NCBI GenBank assembly: GCA_041695225.1
Contig: JBGFRI010000014.1
Location: 128,001 to 192,000 of the forward strand
Length of the DNA: 64,000 nucleotides
Reading direction: 5' to 3'
From: Deinococcota bacterium
Lineage (GTDB): Bacteria; Deinococcota; Deinococci; Deinococcales; Thermaceae
Shown here: piece by piece, positions 41,493 through 52,922 of the stretch
Numbering within the stretch: the first letter of the stretch is position 1
How the letters are laid out: each line of letters opens with the position of its first letter
Notes under the pieces: model-generated
What the model saw: the letters and a program-made list of their open reading frames with translations, nothing else
Database searches by the model: none
What the model was told of the DNA's origin: nothing
Position numbers and translations under genes: made by a program

Positions 41493-41750
41493 AAATCCCC
41501 CCAACCCCCCTTGTTAAGGGGGGAAACAGAGTTTTGCCCCCCTTAACAAGGGGGGTGGCCGTAGGCCGGGGGGATTTACCATGCGAGCAACTGCTCTACT
41601 TGGCATACTGGGTTCATTCCGAGGAGGCCACCACCCCCCGCCCCCGCCCTCGTCCGGAAAACTCTCGTCATTGCCAGGAGGCCCTTGGGCCGACGAAGCA
41701 ATCCAGGAGAGGGTCGCCCAGTCGTTCTGCCGCACGGCCCTCGCGATGAC
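41493..41750 (-). repeat. Inverted repeat A plus REP modules; direct repeat of the 40440-40624 spacer
   Basis: A at 41493-41577, shared accatgcgagca..cttggcatactgggttcatt, gtcattgc..gaagcaatccaggagagggtcgc. Confidence 0.88.
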
Positions 41751-41787
41751 ACCACAGGCCGACGAGGCATCGTGCTATACTGCAACC

Positions 41788-42012
41788 GTGGTTAAGCCTG
41801 ACCTGGCAGCCTCAATCCAGCGCACCCTGCAGCAGCTCTCGCCCGAAAAGCAAGAAGCGCTCAGAGACTTCGCGGAGTTTCTGCTCCAGCAAACCCGCGC
41901 GGAAAGCAGGCATGAGGCAGCCAGAGAACGCTTTATCGCCAGGTTTATTGACTCCCCCATAAAGCTACCGGAATTCACGCCCCTAACCCGCCATGACCTC
42001 TACCGCCGATAG
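41788..42012 (+). CDS. DUF2281-like putative antitoxin
   Basis: LSPEKQEALRDFAEFLLQ; TATACT 6 nt before GTG. Confidence 0.8.
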   Translation: MVKPDLAASIQRTLQQLSPEKQEALRDFAEFLLQQTRAESRHEAARERFIARFIDSPIKLPEFTPLTRHDLYRR

Positions 42013-42415
42013 CTTTTTTATTGATACCAATATCTGGCTCTACGCCCTTATCGCCACGCAGGATCCATCCAAGCACCAGGTCGCCGCAACGCTCATCAAG
42101 CAGCACGAGTTCATCACCATTAGCGTTCAGGTTGTCAATGAAGTGTGCGTCAATCTGTTGCGCCAGACTGAGCTGGGTGAAGCCTTCATACGAGATTTGC
42201 TAACAACCTGGCGGCAAGCCTACACCATCACCCCGCTATTGTCAGAGCATCTTCTGAGCGCATCGGAGTTGCGCGCCAGTCACCATTTTTCCTTTTGGGA
42301 CAGCCTGATAATCGCCTCGGCGCTTGACGCTGGCTGTCGGGTGCTCTACAGCGAAGACATGAAGGCCGGGCAGACCGTACTTGGACAGCTACACATCGTC
42401 AATCCCTTTAGTTAG
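41993..42415 (+). CDS. PIN-domain toxin
   Basis: FIDTNIWLYA, SVQVVNE, FSFWDSLIIASAL, LYSEDM, IVNPF. Confidence 0.92.
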   Translation: MTSTADSFFIDTNIWLYALIATQDPSKHQVAATLIKQHEFITISVQVVNEVCVNLLRQTELGEAFIRDLLTTWRQAYTITPLLSEHLLSASELRASHHFSFWDSLIIASALDAGCRVLYSEDMKAGQTVLGQLHIVNPFS

Positions 42416-42444
42416 CAGCCTTGGGAAGGGCGAGTGCGGAGGGG

Positions 42445-42501
42445 GAGGTTTGCGGGGTTGCCTGGTCGCTCTAGCGCGCTCCAGGCAACAGTACGCTGGT
42501 A
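42445..42501 (+). repeat. Module D with palindromic core
   Basis: gttgcctgg..ccaggcaac stem; matches 40734-40790. Confidence 0.8.
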
Positions 42502-42541
42502 AGGGTCACTGGGCCATGTGTCCCTAGCCGGTTGATCTGGA

Positions 42542-43255
42542 TCATCTGAAGACGTGCCAGACCCCAATCAGGAGGTAGACTCCCAGCCCCATCAACACCA
42601 GCCCGCTGATCGGCTGCACATAACCTACCACCTTCCGATGGTATCGCCGGATTAGCTGGTGGGAGTAGGTGAGCAAGAGGGAAAAGGAGAGCATCATGAC
42701 CGTCATGCCTCCGGCGTAGGCCACAAAGTTGGCCAGCCCGTTTAGCCAGTAAGTGGTGAAGGCTGCCAGGGTGACCGACAAAAACAGCGGCAGGCCGCAG
42801 CCCAGAGAGCCGACCGCATAGCTGATGCCATAGATGTAGTAGTAGAAGAAACTGCGGTCGTTTGGCTGGCCCTCACCGCGCAGCCTGGCAGTTATCTGGT
42901 CTACCGGTAAGCCCAGCCTGAAGCCTTTTTTGACCACTATGGCCAGACCCAGGCCGAAGAGCACCAGCGCGACACCGGCGTCAATATATGGGTCGTAGAT
43001 GCTCAGATAGGCCGAAAGCACCCTGCCTACCAGCATGATCAGCAGCCCCAGTCCAGCGAAGACCGTAAAAAAGCCTGCACTCATGGCCAGTCCGAGCCTG
43101 ATCCCCTGCACTCCCCGCTCGAGCCAGGGGGACTCCCTGGTGCTGGCCTGGCCAAAGTAGTGCGCCACAAACGCAGAGAGCAGCGCATAACTGCAGGGGG
43201 TGAAAAATGCCAGCATCCCTACACCAAAGGCCCAGGCAAAGAGCGTTGTATCCAT
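42542..43255 (-). CDS. CcdA/DsbD-type membrane electron transporter
   Basis: AFFTPCSYALL and SLGCGLPLF cysteines; about 6 TM. Confidence 0.85.
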   Translation of the reverse strand: MDTTLFAWAFGVGMLAFFTPCSYALLSAFVAHYFGQASTRESPWLERGVQGIRLGLAMSAGFFTVFAGLGLLIMLVGRVLSAYLSIYDPYIDAGVALVLFGLGLAIVVKKGFRLGLPVDQITARLRGEGQPNDRSFFYYYIYGISYAVGSLGCGLPLFLSVTLAAFTTYWLNGLANFVAYAGGMTVMMLSFSLLLTYSHQLIRRYHRKVVGYVQPISGLVLMGLGVYLLIGVWHVFR

Positions 43256-43257
43256 AC

Positions 43258-43827
43258 TCAGCCCTTTCCTAGCTCCTGGTGTAGCTGCTCCCTGAAGCGT
43301 GGGTTGTCGAGCGAACGAATGCCCCTGAAGACAATCTCGCCCCGAGAGTTTATAAGTACTATGCTACCTCGAGCCTGTACGCGATAGAGCTGGATCACCG
43401 GGCTGGGTCGGGCGTCCAGCGCATAGCGGAAGTCCGGGTGGCCGTAAAGGCGCCGGTGCTCGCGCAGGTCCTGGTTGGAGTCGGCAAACTGGTCAAAACT
43501 GATCCAGACCACCTGAAACCGGTCGCGGTACTGCTCGTAGAGCTGTGCGAGCTGTCGGGTATCGGCGCGGCAGGGCAGGCACCAGGAGGCCGAGAAATAG
43601 AGTAAAACCGGCTTTCCACGCAGGGCATCTAGCTCTAGCCTGTTACCATCAATATCGCTGAGCACAAAATTTGGCGCAGGCTGGCCGGTTGTTTCTGGCG
43701 ACGTGCGGGGGTTCCCCAGCAGTAATAGAGCTATCCCGCCCGCCACCAAGAGAGCCACAGCAGCCAGAAGCGGCCCTCTGGGAGAGTTTTGCGGCACCCT
43801 GGCTTTGCCCTCAGTTGGCCCATTCAT
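43258..43827 (-). CDS. TlpA/ResA-type thioredoxin-like protein
   Basis: TM anchor, APNFVL, FSASWCLPC. Confidence 0.88.
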   Translation of the reverse strand: MNGPTEGKARVPQNSPRGPLLAAVALLVAGGIALLLLGNPRTSPETTGQPAPNFVLSDIDGNRLELDALRGKPVLLYFSASWCLPCRADTRQLAQLYEQYRDRFQVVWISFDQFADSNQDLREHRRLYGHPDFRYALDARPSPVIQLYRVQARGSIVLINSRGEIVFRGIRSLDNPRFREQLHQELGKG

Positions 43828-43922
43828 CGTGATTAATCCTTTCCATGGTCGCCTTGGGTATGGGTCTCCTGAACTATATTGCAAACGAAGCTATAGCCGG
43901 GCCCAGTTGACCATCTCTGCCG

Positions 43923-46451
<2,529 letters not shown>

Positions 46452-46512
46452 AATTTGCACCCAATGGCCATTGCTTTTTGCCTCTTAGCTTTTGGCTATT
46501 AGCTATCAGCTA

Positions 46513-46800
46513 TCAGCGATACTTCAAGACCTCCATCAGCTCGTCCACCATCTGCTTGGTGTCGCCGCGCACCGCAGCGCTGGCCACGTGGTGCTCGAGG
46601 TGGCTCTTGAGCACCATATCCCCCACCTTGTCCAGGGCCCCTTGCACGGCCTTGATCTGTTTTAGCACGTCCACGCAGTAAGGCTCGCCCTCGAGCATCT
46701 TGAGGATGGACTCGAGGTGCCCCTTGGCCGAGAGCAGGCGGTTGCGGGCGTCCTGCCGCACTCTGGGGTCGAGGTGCAGGCCATGCTCGCACTTCATCAT
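46513..46800 (-). CDS. csoR: Copper-sensing repressor
   Basis: NRL..AKGHL, YCVDVLKQI, HLEHHV; lies in the cop operon. Confidence 0.9.
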   Translation of the reverse strand: MMKCEHGLHLDPRVRQDARNRLLSAKGHLESILKMLEGEPYCVDVLKQIKAVQGALDKVGDMVLKSHLEHHVASAAVRGDTKQMVDELMEVLKYR

Positions 46801-47036
46801 GCAGCACCTGGGCGTAGATCTGACGGGCCTCCCGATAGAGAGTCTGGCCTGGCGGTGTAACCCTCCTCCTGCACTGCCGCAATTAGTTTTTCCACAGCTA
46901 CACTCCCGATCACCCTGGCCCGGCCTTCCTGCAGCGAGACCTCGACTTTCTCAACGCCCCCAACCTTCTGGAGGGCTTCGGTAACGTGCCGGACGCAGTT
47001 GTTGCAGCTCATCCCTTCAATCTTTAGTATGGTCAT
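46797..47036 (-). CDS. copZ: Copper chaperone
   Basis: IEGMSCNNCV HMA motif. Confidence 0.9.
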   Translation of the reverse strand: MTILKIEGMSCNNCVRHVTEALQKVGGVEKVEVSLQEGRARVIGSVAVEKLIAAVQEEGYTARPDSLSGGPSDLRPGAA

Positions 47037-47054
47037 ACACCTCTCCTCGGCTAT

Positions 47055-47081
47055 ACTATACCCACCCCCCCTGGGGTGGGT
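47055..47081 (-). promoter_or_regulatory. Putative CsoR operator overlapping the -10 box
   Basis: acccacccc-ccct-ggggtgggt C/G-tract palindrome next to TATAGT. Confidence 0.7.
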
Positions 47082-47236
47082 GAGGGAGATAAGTCACATT
47101 TATTCAAAAACCGGCGATTGAGCGGCTCTTCGACAAACAGTGTGGGCTCTTTCCCGCTGTCTATCAATGCCGCGGCAAGGTCGTCTATGCCGTCCCCCAT
47201 ATTCCATGGTGAAGGTTCCAGAGGGCGTTCGGAAAA

Positions 47237-47392
47237 ACTCCTCTCCCCTTAGGTTACGGCTTTGCCGGAATCGCGTAAGCGACTCGCCTCGGTGGGAGAG
47301 GCTGGGTGAGGGGGTGTGAGCGCAGCGAACCACGGCGTCTGGGGCGTCATTCAACCCTCACCCCAGCCCTCTCCCAAGCTTAGGAGAGGGAG
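47237..47392. repeat. Palindromic element of the ccctcaccccagccctctccc family (inverted doublet)
   Basis: cctctccc..gggagaggctgggtgaggg and ccctcaccccagccctctcc..ggagaggg; fragment at 38708-38726. Confidence 0.75.
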
Positions 47393-47746
47393 CTTCAGTG
47401 GCCGTTGCTTCAGATCCCGCGTTCATAGAAATTCTCCTGAGAATGTGCGCGGCCTGGCAATTTCCGAACATCCACTAGGCAGCCAGGCTCGAGACTCCAA
47501 GCATGAACCCAGGTTGTACGTAGCGCTGGCCTGAGTCCAAGGCGAATTGCGCATACCCGCTCGCTGCCAGGTCTGGGCATCAAGAGCCAACTCCCCTTCA
47601 CCCGGCGGAAAGGAGGTGAGCCACTATGCTCATAGTAAACGCCCAACCCAATCGGAAGCCGGAAAAGCCGATTAAGCTTAGATTAAGAATACTCTGGCTC
47701 CAGCTTCAAGTCTTAAGGGGTATCCTCTAAGCGTAGGAGGAAAGTC

Positions 47747-48730
47747 ATGAAGCTAAGCATCTTCAGACTGGCTGGCCTAACCCTGATAGGTCTGCTGATG
47801 GCTTGTGGCACCCAGACGCAGGGGCCAAACACCCTCACCCAGGCCGATGCCCAAGCCCTTTCCGAAGCAGTCCAGGGCGACCTGCAACTTACCGGCTTTC
47901 TACTGAGCAATGCCAGCGTGGGCGCACTAACCACCCAGAGCGAGGCCGATAGCCTGGATACCGGCGCCCAGAGCTGGGGCCTGCCCCGACGCTTAAACGT
48001 GATCATGCGGGCTGTAGGGGTGCTCTACCTGCCGGCCAGAGGCGGTGCAAACTGCGAGATCCGCACCACCCCCTCCCCGCTGGTAGATGCCGATAATGAT
48101 GGTGTACCAGCCACTGCCACCACCACCTTCGACTGCCGCTATACCAGCCCCGGAGGTATCAGTTATACCTTGAGCGGCGCCATCACGCTTAAGGACACCA
48201 ACGACAACCAGCCAAACAGCGGTTTTAGTGTTTCCTTTGACAACTTCAGGTCTGTGGTGAGTGGCCCAAACCGTTCAGTGGAACGCACCCTGAACGGCTA
48301 CTTTTCTATAGACACGCAAAACCCTGCTCTGTTCGCAATAACCAAGAACTACACCCAGACCGTGGCCAGGACCGTTCGAGACAACACCTTTACGGGCTCG
48401 CTGGCCTTCAATCTCAGCAAGACTTACGCCCCCACCAGCGATGGCGATGCTAACCCCTGGAATGCTGGCACCATCACTGTAGCCAGGACCGACCCGGGCA
48501 GCGCTACCTGGACCAGAGGCAGCCGCACCCGCAACCTGATCTGGTACACCGACCCCACCCTGCACTGGAACCACTCCTATTGCCGGAAACAAGAACCGCT
48601 GATGAATTTTGACCGCGGAGCCCTGGAGTACGTCTACACCAGTCCCGCTGGCGAAAAGTCCACCCTGCGAATCGAGTTCACCGGCTGTGGTCAGTTCACG
48701 GTTACCCTGAACGGGCAGCCTGTGGACTAA
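47747..48730 (+). CDS. Lipoprotein of unknown function
   Basis: Lipobox LMAC, RBS aggagg, Thr-rich beta structure. Confidence 0.85.
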   Translation: MKLSIFRLAGLTLIGLLMACGTQTQGPNTLTQADAQALSEAVQGDLQLTGFLLSNASVGALTTQSEADSLDTGAQSWGLPRRLNVIMRAVGVLYLPARGGANCEIRTTPSPLVDADNDGVPATATTTFDCRYTSPGGISYTLSGAITLKDTNDNQPNSGFSVSFDNFRSVVSGPNRSVERTLNGYFSIDTQNPALFAITKNYTQTVARTVRDNTFTGSLAFNLSKTYAPTSDGDANPWNAGTITVARTDPGSATWTRGSRTRNLIWYTDPTLHWNHSYCRKQEPLMNFDRGALEYVYTSPAGEKSTLRIEFTGCGQFTVTLNGQPVD

Positions 48731-48878
48731 GCCCCTCAGACTTCCAGCCCTGGAGCAGCTATCTACCATTGACTGACAAAAACTGCTGAGACTGACTTTG
48801 TCAGACAGGCTACAGACCTGCTCCCAGGCTCTCGTGGGGCGGGCTGGACTTTTAAGACCGGCTCGGAAGGGTGGCGGC

Positions 48879-49502
48879 CTACAAACCTTTTCGTGGCCGC
48901 TTGATGGTCTCGATATTGGCGCCATTGTGGAGAACGGCCGAAAATAGCTCCCACAGACTCACTGCTAGCTCTGGCTCGGTGGTGATCTGGGTGAAGCGAA
49001 AGTAGGCGGTATCGCCCGAGGGCAGGACAAAGGTGGGGGTGCCAAATACGCCCAGTTCACCGGCATCCCCAAGGTCGCGGCTTAGCTCGAGGCGGCGGTT
49101 TTCCTGGTCCTCGAGGTCGGCCAGAAACCTTTCCAGCTCGAGCCCAGACCTGGCAACTGCCTCCACAAAGGTCTGGTCGTCGTTGAGTTTGCGCCGTTCC
49201 TGGTGGCGCATCCGGAAAAGCTCTAAAGCAAAGCGCAAGTGTGCCGATCTGCCCTGTTGCCGGGCGGCGTGCGAGGCCAGAAAAGCCCGTAGCGACTTAG
49301 GGCCTTCCAGGGGCTGTTCTACCAGCCTCCAGACCGGGGCGTTGCGAGGCAAGCCGGCATTTTCTTTATGATTGCCCTGCTCCAGGCTATAGTGCCGGAT
49401 TTCCAGTTCCAGCCCGGCTAGTGGGGCCACCACGCTAATGAGCTCGAGGCCCCGCCAGGCGAAAGGGCAGGAATAGTCCAGGTAGATGCTAACCGTCTGC
49501 AT
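48879..49502 (-). CDS. DsbA/FrnE-like thioredoxin-fold protein
   Basis: YLDYSCPFAW, GVFGTPTF. Confidence 0.85.
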   Translation of the reverse strand: MQTVSIYLDYSCPFAWRGLELISVVAPLAGLELEIRHYSLEQGNHKENAGLPRNAPVWRLVEQPLEGPKSLRAFLASHAARQQGRSAHLRFALELFRMRHQERRKLNDDQTFVEAVARSGLELERFLADLEDQENRRLELSRDLGDAGELGVFGTPTFVLPSGDTAYFRFTQITTEPELAVSLWELFSAVLHNGANIETIKRPRKGL

Positions 49503-49554
49503 AGCCACAGGCTACCGCATCTGGGGACCTGGGCCAACGATGGCTGGAAAGTGA

Positions 49555-50190
49555 GTCGCAGGTCTCGGGTCGCAAGTCGCAGGTCTAAGGTCGAAGGTCG
49601 AAGGTCTTTTGACTTTGGACTTTCGACCTTTCTAGTCGCAGGTCAGAAGTTAGTCTCAGGTCGCAAGTCGCAGGTCGCAGGTCAACAGCCAGTCGCAGGT
49701 CTAAGGTCTAAGGTCTAAGGTCTTTTGACTTTGGACTTTCGAGCTTTCTAGTCGCAGGTCAAAAGCTATCAGCTATGCGCTATCGGCTATTAGCTATGGG
49801 CTAATGGAATGCCGCAGGTCGCGGGCAGCAGGTCGCATTGAGGCCGGGCGAGTCTAACCACTCAGCAAAGATGTCTGGCTTTCAGGTTTTAGCTCTTAGC
49901 TCTCGACCATCGACCCTCGACCCTCGACATTCTCTACTTGGCCTTTAGCTTTTTGGCCGTCAGCTTTTGACCCTTGACCCTCGACTCTCGACGTTTTCTA
50001 CTCGGCCTTCAGCTTTCAGCTTTTAGCTTTTGACCTTCGACTTTTGACCTTCAACCTTCGACTTTTTCTACTCGGCTTTCAGCTTTCGGCTCTCGACCCT
50101 CGACTCTCGACGTTTTCTACTCGGCTTTCGACTTTTGACCTTCGACCTTCGACGTTTTCTACTCAGCTTTCAGCCTTTGGCTCTCGACCC
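49555..50190. repeat. Large composite 7-mer repeat region
   Basis: gtcgcag/gtcgaag/gtctaag/gctatca blocks, then about 5 higher-order units with ttctactcggc. Confidence 0.92.
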
Positions 50191-50197
50191 TTTCTAT

Positions 50198-51163
50198 TCA
50201 GTCGCCAAAATACTCGTAGGTGTAACCTCCCTCCAGACCCAGCATCAGATCGAGGTTTTGCACCGCAGCCCCCGAGGCGCCCTTGCCCAGGTTATCAAAA
50301 CGCGCCACCAGCAGGGCCTGCTGGCGCTGGGGGTTCTCGAAAACAAAAAGCTCCATCTGGTTAGTGCCGTTGAGGGTCTGGGGGTCAAGCACCGGGTGGT
50401 GTTTGGCGTATGTTTCCAGCGGCATCACCCGCACAAAGCGCTGACCCTGGTAGTGCTGCAATAGAGCCTGGTGCAGCTGGGAGCCGGTGACTTGCTGGGG
50501 CAAGGCCCAAAGATGTACTGGAACTAAAACCAGCATTCCCTGGCGGAAGCGGGCCACCGACGGGCTGAAGATGGGAGGGTGTTCAAGGCTCGAGTAAACC
50601 GTCATTTCGGGCACGTGTTTGTGGGTGAGCTCGAGGCCATAGACCCGGAAATCGCCGGCCAGGCGGTGCTCGCCCCGGCCCTCCATGGCGTCAATCAGTT
50701 GCCGCCCGCCCCCCGAATAGCCCGAAATGCCCTGAACAGAGGCGGCAAACTTGGTGGGCAGCAGCCCGGCATCCACCAGGGGTCGCAGCAAGGCGATGGC
50801 CCCGGTAGAGTAGCAGCCTGGATTGGAGACCAGCCGGGCTTTAGCAATGCGCTCGGGCTGTCCCACCGCCAGCTCCGGGAAGCCATACGCCCAGCCCTGG
50901 GCTACCCGGTGGGCCGAGCTGGCGTCCAGCAGTTTAGTCTGGGGGTTTTCCAGCATTCCCACTGCTTCTTTGGCCAGGTCGTCGTGGAGGCAGAGGATGG
51001 CTACCTCAACCGAGTTCAACAGGCGCTTGCGCTCGGCCTCGTCCTTGCGCCTGGCGGGGTCAATAGAGACCAGTTCGATATCGTCACGCGGCTTTAGCCT
51101 GGCCCAGATCTGCAGCCCGGTCGTACCGGCCTCGCCGTCAATAAATACTCTGGGTCTGTTCAT
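50198..51163 (-). CDS. argC: N-acetyl-gamma-glutamyl-phosphate reductase (type 2)
   Basis: [40 protein letters not shown]. Confidence 0.95.
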   Translation of the reverse strand: MNRPRVFIDGEAGTTGLQIWARLKPRDDIELVSIDPARRKDEAERKRLLNSVEVAILCLHDDLAKEAVGMLENPQTKLLDASSAHRVAQGWAYGFPELAVGQPERIAKARLVSNPGCYSTGAIALLRPLVDAGLLPTKFAASVQGISGYSGGGRQLIDAMEGRGEHRLAGDFRVYGLELTHKHVPEMTVYSSLEHPPIFSPSVARFRQGMLVLVPVHLWALPQQVTGSQLHQALLQHYQGQRFVRVMPLETYAKHHPVLDPQTLNGTNQMELFVFENPQRQQALLVARFDNLGKGASGAAVQNLDLMLGLEGGYTYEYFGD

Positions 51164-51617
51164 GGGTTTTCCCCAGGATGTTCTGTAACATCTCCACATC
51201 CAGCCGATCCTGCGGGCGCACTGAACCCTGCTTGAGCATGATCAGCCCGGCCGGCCCCAGGCTCTGGATGGTCACATTTTCCACCGGCTGGGCCTGGCTC
51301 AGGGGCAGCAGGTCGGCATAGGTCTGGCCGCCCATCAGGGTGAAGATGTCCACCGGAAAGTCCTCGTTGACCCGTATACAGCCCTCCTCGCGGCTAAAGT
51401 CGGAGGGCGTTAGCTCGCGGGCCGAACCCGAGCCAAAACCACCGAGCACGCTCAGCAAGCGCCGTAGGTTCTCCTCCGAGTCCTCCACCAGAATATCCAC
51501 GGCGAAGGTGGCCCGGGGGAAGCCGCTAAAGGCCACCGCCAGACCACCCACCAGGATAAACTTAACCCTGCTTCGGCCCAGGGCGGCCAACAGACTTTCG
51601 AACGTGGGTTGGGTCAT
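51138..51617 (-). CDS. Nucleotidyltransferase-fold protein (DUF6036/AbiEii-like)
   Basis: [38 protein letters not shown]. Confidence 0.8.
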   Translation of the reverse strand: MTQPTFESLLAALGRSRVKFILVGGLAVAFSGFPRATFAVDILVEDSEENLRRLLSVLGGFGSGSARELTPSDFSREEGCIRVNEDFPVDIFTLMGGQTYADLLPLSQAQPVENVTIQSLGPAGLIMLKQGSVRPQDRLDVEMLQNILGKTHEQTQSIY

Positions 51618-51732
51618 ATGCGGGCTCTATGCCAAGCTCCAAGAGCAACTGCCGTAAACGAAAAACCAGGACCAAAGGCGACTCTTTACGCGGCTGGCCC
51701 ACTTGTTTGCGGATAAGCTCACCCTGCCCCAC
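51562..51732 (-). CDS. Putative 56-aa partner of the nucleotidyltransferase
   Basis: Translated by hand from GTG 51732 to TAA 51562 (..[23 protein letters not shown]..); starts 4 nt after the argF stop. Confidence 0.45.
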   Translation of the reverse strand: MGQGELIRKQVGQPRKESPLVLVFRLRQLLLELGIEPAYDPTHVRKSVGRPGPKQG

Positions 51733-51736
51733 CCCC

Positions 51737-52678
51737 TTAGCCTAGCAGATGATAGAGCAGCGCTTTCTGGGCGTGGAGCCGGTTCTCGGCCTGGTCAAAA
51801 ACGCGGGACTTTGGGTGCAGGGTGGCCTCCTCGACCACTTCCTCGCCGTAGTGGGCTGGAAGGCAGTGCAAGAAGATACCATCGGGATCAATCAAGTCCA
51901 GCATGGCGGGGTTGACCTGAAAGCCAGCAAAGTCTTTGATCTTGCGCCGTTGGCTGGCCTCGGCCTCCTGGCCCATGCTGACCCAGACGTCGGTGTAGAG
52001 CACCTGGGCGCCTTCGGCTGCGGCGCGGGGGTCGTGGGTGAGGGTGATATCGGCCCCCTGCTTCAGGGCCTCCATGTAGATCACCGCGTTGGGCTCGTAG
52101 CCGCGTGGGGTAGCGATGGTGAGCTTTGCGCCGGAGAGCACAGCGGTCTGGATGTGGGCGTTGGCCATGTTGTTGCCATCGCCGATATAGGCCACCTTTA
52201 GGCCCCGGGTACTGGGGAAGGTTTCCTCGATGGTCTGGTAGTCGGCCAGCAGTTGCACCGGGTGCAGCAGGTCGGAAAGCCCGTTGATAACTGGCTTGGA
52301 GGAGTACAGGGCCAGTTCCTCAACAGTAGAGTGCAGGTAGACCCGGGCCATGATAGCCTCTACCCAGCGCTCGAGGTTCAGGGCAATGTCGCGCACCGGC
52401 TCACGAGTGCTCAGGCCTATCTCGGCATTGGTCAGGTTGAGGGCGTGCCCCCCGAGCTGGTTCATGGCGATCTCGAAGGTGGAACGGGTACGCAGGCTGG
52501 GTTTCTCGAAGATCATGGCCAGGGTCTGGCCCTGAAGGGGGCGCAGCCCCTTGTAAACACCGCCTTTCATGGCATGGGCTGTATCCAGCACAGCCCGATA
52601 CTCAGCGGACGAGAGGTCGAGATTAGAAAGGAAGTCGCGGCCTTTCAGGCTGTAAACGGGCTTGATCACTTCAACCAC
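51737..52678 (-). CDS. argF: Ornithine carbamoyltransferase
   Basis: FEKPSLRTR, HPVQ, TDVWVSMGQE, HCLP, QAENRLH; GGAGG before GTG. Confidence 0.95.
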   Translation of the reverse strand: MVEVIKPVYSLKGRDFLSNLDLSSAEYRAVLDTAHAMKGGVYKGLRPLQGQTLAMIFEKPSLRTRSTFEIAMNQLGGHALNLTNAEIGLSTREPVRDIALNLERWVEAIMARVYLHSTVEELALYSSKPVINGLSDLLHPVQLLADYQTIEETFPSTRGLKVAYIGDGNNMANAHIQTAVLSGAKLTIATPRGYEPNAVIYMEALKQGADITLTHDPRAAAEGAQVLYTDVWVSMGQEAEASQRRKIKDFAGFQVNPAMLDLIDPDGIFLHCLPAHYGEEVVEEATLHPKSRVFDQAENRLHAQKALLYHLLG

Positions 52679-52701
52679 TGGCTGCCTCCATACACACCCT
52701 G

Positions 52702-52736
52702 TGCGTATAAACACGCTACAAGAGGGTTTTATTATA
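52702..52736 (-). promoter_or_regulatory. argF -10 box and possible ArgR operator
   Basis: TATAAT at 52731-52736; imperfect palindrome gcgt-ataaac-acgc. Confidence 0.45.
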
Positions 52737-52739
52737 CAA

Positions 52740-52901
52740 GGCATCGCTAATGGCTAATAGCTAATAGCCGATAGCCCATAGCTGATACCTTTTGACCTGC
52801 GACTAGAAAGGTCGAAAGTCGAAAGTCCAAAGTCAAAAGACCTTCGACCTTCGACCTTAGACCTGCGACTGGCTGTTGACCAGCGACTTGCGACCTGTGA
52901 C
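52740..52901. repeat. Composite 7-mer element, inverted copy of 49655-49812
   Basis: Same module order and non-repetitive linkers in reverse complement. Confidence 0.9.
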
Positions 52902-52922
52902 ATCCCTGGTTGCTAAAACCAC

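Noticed and set aside
33400..42501. Classical integron or CALIN
   Set aside because: No intI; no RYYYAAC..GTTRRRY attC architecture seen (module D runs GTT..AAC, the wrong polarity); cassettes are in mixed orientation. An attC covariance search would confirm.
50044..50464. ORFs 50044-50364 and 50135-50464
   Set aside because: Translations of 7-mer repeats running antisense into argC.
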